DNA of 64,000 nucleotides from the human T2T-CHM13v2.0 reference genome, Homo sapiens: NCBI GenBank assembly GCA_009914755.4, contig CP068257.2, positions 21,152,001 to 21,216,000 of the forward strand, read 5' to 3'. Shown piece by piece: positions 61,175 to 64,000 of this stretch (position 1 is its first letter; each line of letters starts with the position of its first letter). The notes under the pieces were generated by a model. It saw only the letters and a program-made list of their open reading frames with translations, ran no database searches and was not told where the DNA came from. The position numbers and the translations under genes were made by a program.

Positions 61175-61869
61175 TGTAACTTCAATGCTTTATATTATTT
61201 TATAAGAAAGCAGGTATAATTAACACCCATGTGATCTGGGGTCTGAAAAGTGCTTTAATATAAAACATTTCTTTGGAGCTGAAAGTAAAACCATGTCTGC
61301 CGTAAATTATGATGTTAACTTCTTTTGGAACTACCCCAAACAGAAACTTCCAAATAAAATTAAATTAAGGAATATATTGGTATATAATTTAAATCAAACT
61401 GAAAAATTATATATTTCCTAAACTAATATCAAAAGTATTTACATACATTTAACTTAATTAAATTAGGAAGTGAGGTTTTCATTACATTTTTATTATATCT
61501 CACTTGTAATTTATAAATTCTGGATTCATTTTCATTTTTATTTTTATTTAAATTTGCATTTCTTTTTCATGAGACTCATTCTTTTGTGTAAAGATTGCAA
61601 CCAGAATAGCATCCTTAGAAACATGATTATTTTACTCTGGATCAACAATAGCATAACTAATTCATTATTTCCTATTAAGCAGAATAATGACATGAATTAC
61701 TTAATATAAAATAATAATGAAATTTGGCTAAAGTGCCTATAAACTTAGATATAATCCAGTAATTAAATAAGTATAAAAAATTTAATATTGTAGTTAAATC
61801 TTATGCTTAGTCTACTTTTTAAAATATATTTTATCTTTTAGAGAAGTTTTAAGTTCACAACAAAGCGAG

Positions 61870-62650
61870 CAGAAACAGTACAAATTTCTCATATACTCCC
61901 TTCCCCTTCACATGCAAAGCCTTCATCATTTCTCAAATCCCCCACCAGAGTGGTACCTTTATTACAACTGATGAGCCTACGTTGACACATCAACATTACC
62001 CAGAGTCCATAGTTTACATTAGTGTCCAGTCTTAGTGTTATACATTCTATGGGTTTGGACAAATATATCATGATATGTATCCACCATTATGGTATCATTT
62101 TACTACACTACAGAATCATTTTACTACACTAAGAATTATCTGTTGCCTGCCTATTTACTCTCCCCTTTCCCTTAAACCATGCAACCGCTGATCTTCTTGT
62201 TGTCTCTATGGTTTTGTCTTTTCCAGATTATTATATAGTTGGGATCACACAGTATGTAGAATTTAAGGCAGATGTTTTTCATTTCTTGTTAGCACTAAAT
62301 TATATTCTACTGTCTGAAAGTACCATAAGTTATTTACCTACTCACCTTCTTAAGGACATCTTAGTTGCTTGCAAGTTTTGGCAGTTATAAGTGAAGCTGC
62401 ATCTGTGCGCAGGTTTATGTGTGAAAGTAAGTTTTAAACCCCTTTGGGTAAATTCCAAGGACCACAATTACTGGCTCCTATGTTAAGAGTTAGTTTCCTT
62501 TTGAAAGAAACTGACTATCTTCCAAAGTGACTGCACCATTTTGCATTCCCACCAGCAATAAATGAAAGTTCCTGTTGCTCCACATCCTTGCCTGCATTTA
62601 GTTTTGTCAGTGTTCTGGTTTGGGCTATTCTAATAGTGTTACAGTAGGTA
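61870..62650 (-). mobile_element. L1 antisense fragment (old L1M-type 3' region)
   Basis: …gaaagaaactgactatcttccaaagtgactgcaccattttgcattcccaccagcaataaatgaaagttcctgttgctccacatccttgcctgcatttagttttgtcagtgttctggtttgggctattctaatag, the canonical L1 antisense strand (…ttccaaagtggttgtaccattttacattcccaccagcaatgtatgagagttccagttgctccacatcctc…). Confidence 0.7.
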
Positions 62651-63340
62651 GCTAGTCAGACATGAGCAAGGTATACACACACTGGGAATGTTAGGCGGCC
62701 ATCAGATGGTAGTCAGGCAGTCAACTGTCCTTCTGAAATATAACCAGTACAAGGGCAAGCAGTCTCCCAATAAACAGAAACACCTGAAGCTGGTGATCAG
62801 CAGCTTCCTGATAAGATGTCAGGAGTTGGGTGAATGGGCTCCAGCATGTGTACTAAGAGGCAAAATGTTGGAGTTTAAGTGGTATACTACTTTCTGGGGA
62901 CATTTGATTGGTAAAACAAGACACCTTAAGTGAACATGTGTACAACTCTAGTAAACACACTGTGCATGCTCACCTCCCAAGTGCGAGCAGGCCACTGCAC
63001 CTGCAGACAGCCCACCTCATGGGAAGAATTGGGGAGAAGAAACACATGACCTCAGAAGCATGCCAACATATACAGACCCAAGTCAAAAGGTCCAACCATG
63101 CACTTAATCCCTCAAGCCACCCACTTGGCCCTATTTCAAGTGTACTTCACTTCCTTTCATTCCTGTTAAAAAGCTTTTTAGAATACTTTCACTTCTGCTC
63201 TAACTTGCCTTGGTCTCTTCTGCCTTTTACCCCTCAGTTGAATTTTTTTCTTCTGAGGAGGCAAAAGTTGAGGTTGCTGCAGACCCTTAGGAATTCATTG
63301 CCGGCAACAATAGGTGTCCCACTTTTAATTTCAATATTGC
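62650..63340. mobile_element. Possible unclassified LTR-like element (very tentative)
   Basis: Non-AT-rich block with LTR-like U3/R/U5 features (…cacttggccctatttcaagtgtacttcacttcctttcattcctgttaaaaagctttt…ctgctctaacttgccttggtctcttctgcc…tgccggcaacaataggtgtccc). The family is not recognised. The 146-aa ORF here is not supported as a gene. Confidence 0.25.
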
Positions 63341-64000
63341 CTCTTTAATCATGGATGATATTCATTGTTCATGACTATTCATATTTTAAGATATTAATGT
63401 CTATTCACATTTACAGTGGTTTATTGCAAAAGAAATAACTAACCATAATATACTCTTTAGATTGTTTTGTATATGAATATTCTAACTAAAAACACAAGAT
63501 TTATGCAATAAAAATGATATACAGTAAATGCATTTATTATCTCACTTATTTAGGCCAACGCATACATGTGCCACAGGCATATGGATTATTACCTTCTATA
63601 ATAGCAGGGACACATGCTCATCAAGATCCACAGCAGTCACAAACTAAGACCCTACTAAGAATGGTGCTGTCTAGGTTTTGGCAGTGCCAAGGTGCACAAC
63701 CATAAAAAAGGAAAATCTGGAGTATTTTGTTACTTGCTTTATAACAGCTGAGAGCAGAAAACAAGGTAAGGATGCAGGTTACTGTTTCTCACGTGCTTCA
63801 ATCTTTAAATCAGAAAATAAACTCTTCTGCTGAAGTACATTAACAAAGCTCCATGAACATCTCATTAGCCAGAAGTGTTCACACACCTTCTCTAAATCAA
63901 TTGATTGACAAAAGGGAATTCAATTATAATAATAGGCCTGGAGTAGGCACTTTGCTGCTGAAAGAAAACTGGAGTTCTGAAAACTAAGAAAGGAAGAATG

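Noticed and set aside
62908-63348. 146-aa ORF on the plus strand
   Set aside because: It lies in an LTR-like unclassified repeat next to an antisense L1 fragment. The translation is Ser/Leu/Pro-rich and low-complexity, with no exon-like features.
63760-63790. Consensus-looking 5' splice site (caag|gtaaggatg)
   Set aside because: An isolated match. There is no upstream ORF with coding character and no supporting exon structure, and such matches occur by chance every few kb.

Overview
This 64 kb window reads as primate (human-like) genomic DNA from a gene-poor, AT-rich intergenic or deep-intronic region, and I find no credible protein-coding gene in it. Interspersed repeats, mostly retroelements, dominate it:
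- At least 15 Alu SINEs. Several still carry CpG-rich AluY-type sequence, and three show clear target-site duplications.
- LINE-1 fragments of several ages and a near full-length but ORF-dead L1 at 35.3-42.8 kb, which carries a younger Alu insertion.
- At least five MaLR-type LTRs (THE1/MST-like and MLT1-like), a solo LTR12 (HERV9 LTR) nested inside a MaLR LTR, and one MADE1 (mariner-derived) MITE.
- Many Alu-tail-derived and other microsatellites.

The ORFs in the six-frame track are explained by repeats. Most come from L1 ORF1/ORF2 debris and Alu sequence, some from (TTTC)n translated as Lys/Glu/Arg-rich peptide, and some from GC-rich LTR12 sequence that is open in both strands.

The most unusual structure is at about 47.6-53.5 kb. 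It is a diverged, irregular tandem array of 2.5 units, each roughly 2-3 kb, built from LTR-like blocks that carry TATA and AATAAA motifs. It could be a tandem ERV-like structure (LTR-internal-LTR-internal-LTR) or an old segmental tandem duplication; I cannot assign it to a named family by eye.

Other points of interest are the LTR12/MaLR nesting with a visible target-site duplication and CCAAT-containing U3 tandem repeats, a compact complex palindrome at about 10.07-10.16 kb, a 2 x ~66 bp tandem duplication at 4.5 kb, and AT-rich hairpin-capable low-complexity DNA at 34 kb.

Nothing here resembles a prokaryotic or phage system, a CRISPR array, or an RNA gene. All calls were made by eye against remembered consensus sequences; boundaries are approximate (about +/-10-30 bp), and family assignments below the Alu / L1 / MaLR / LTR12 level are tentative.
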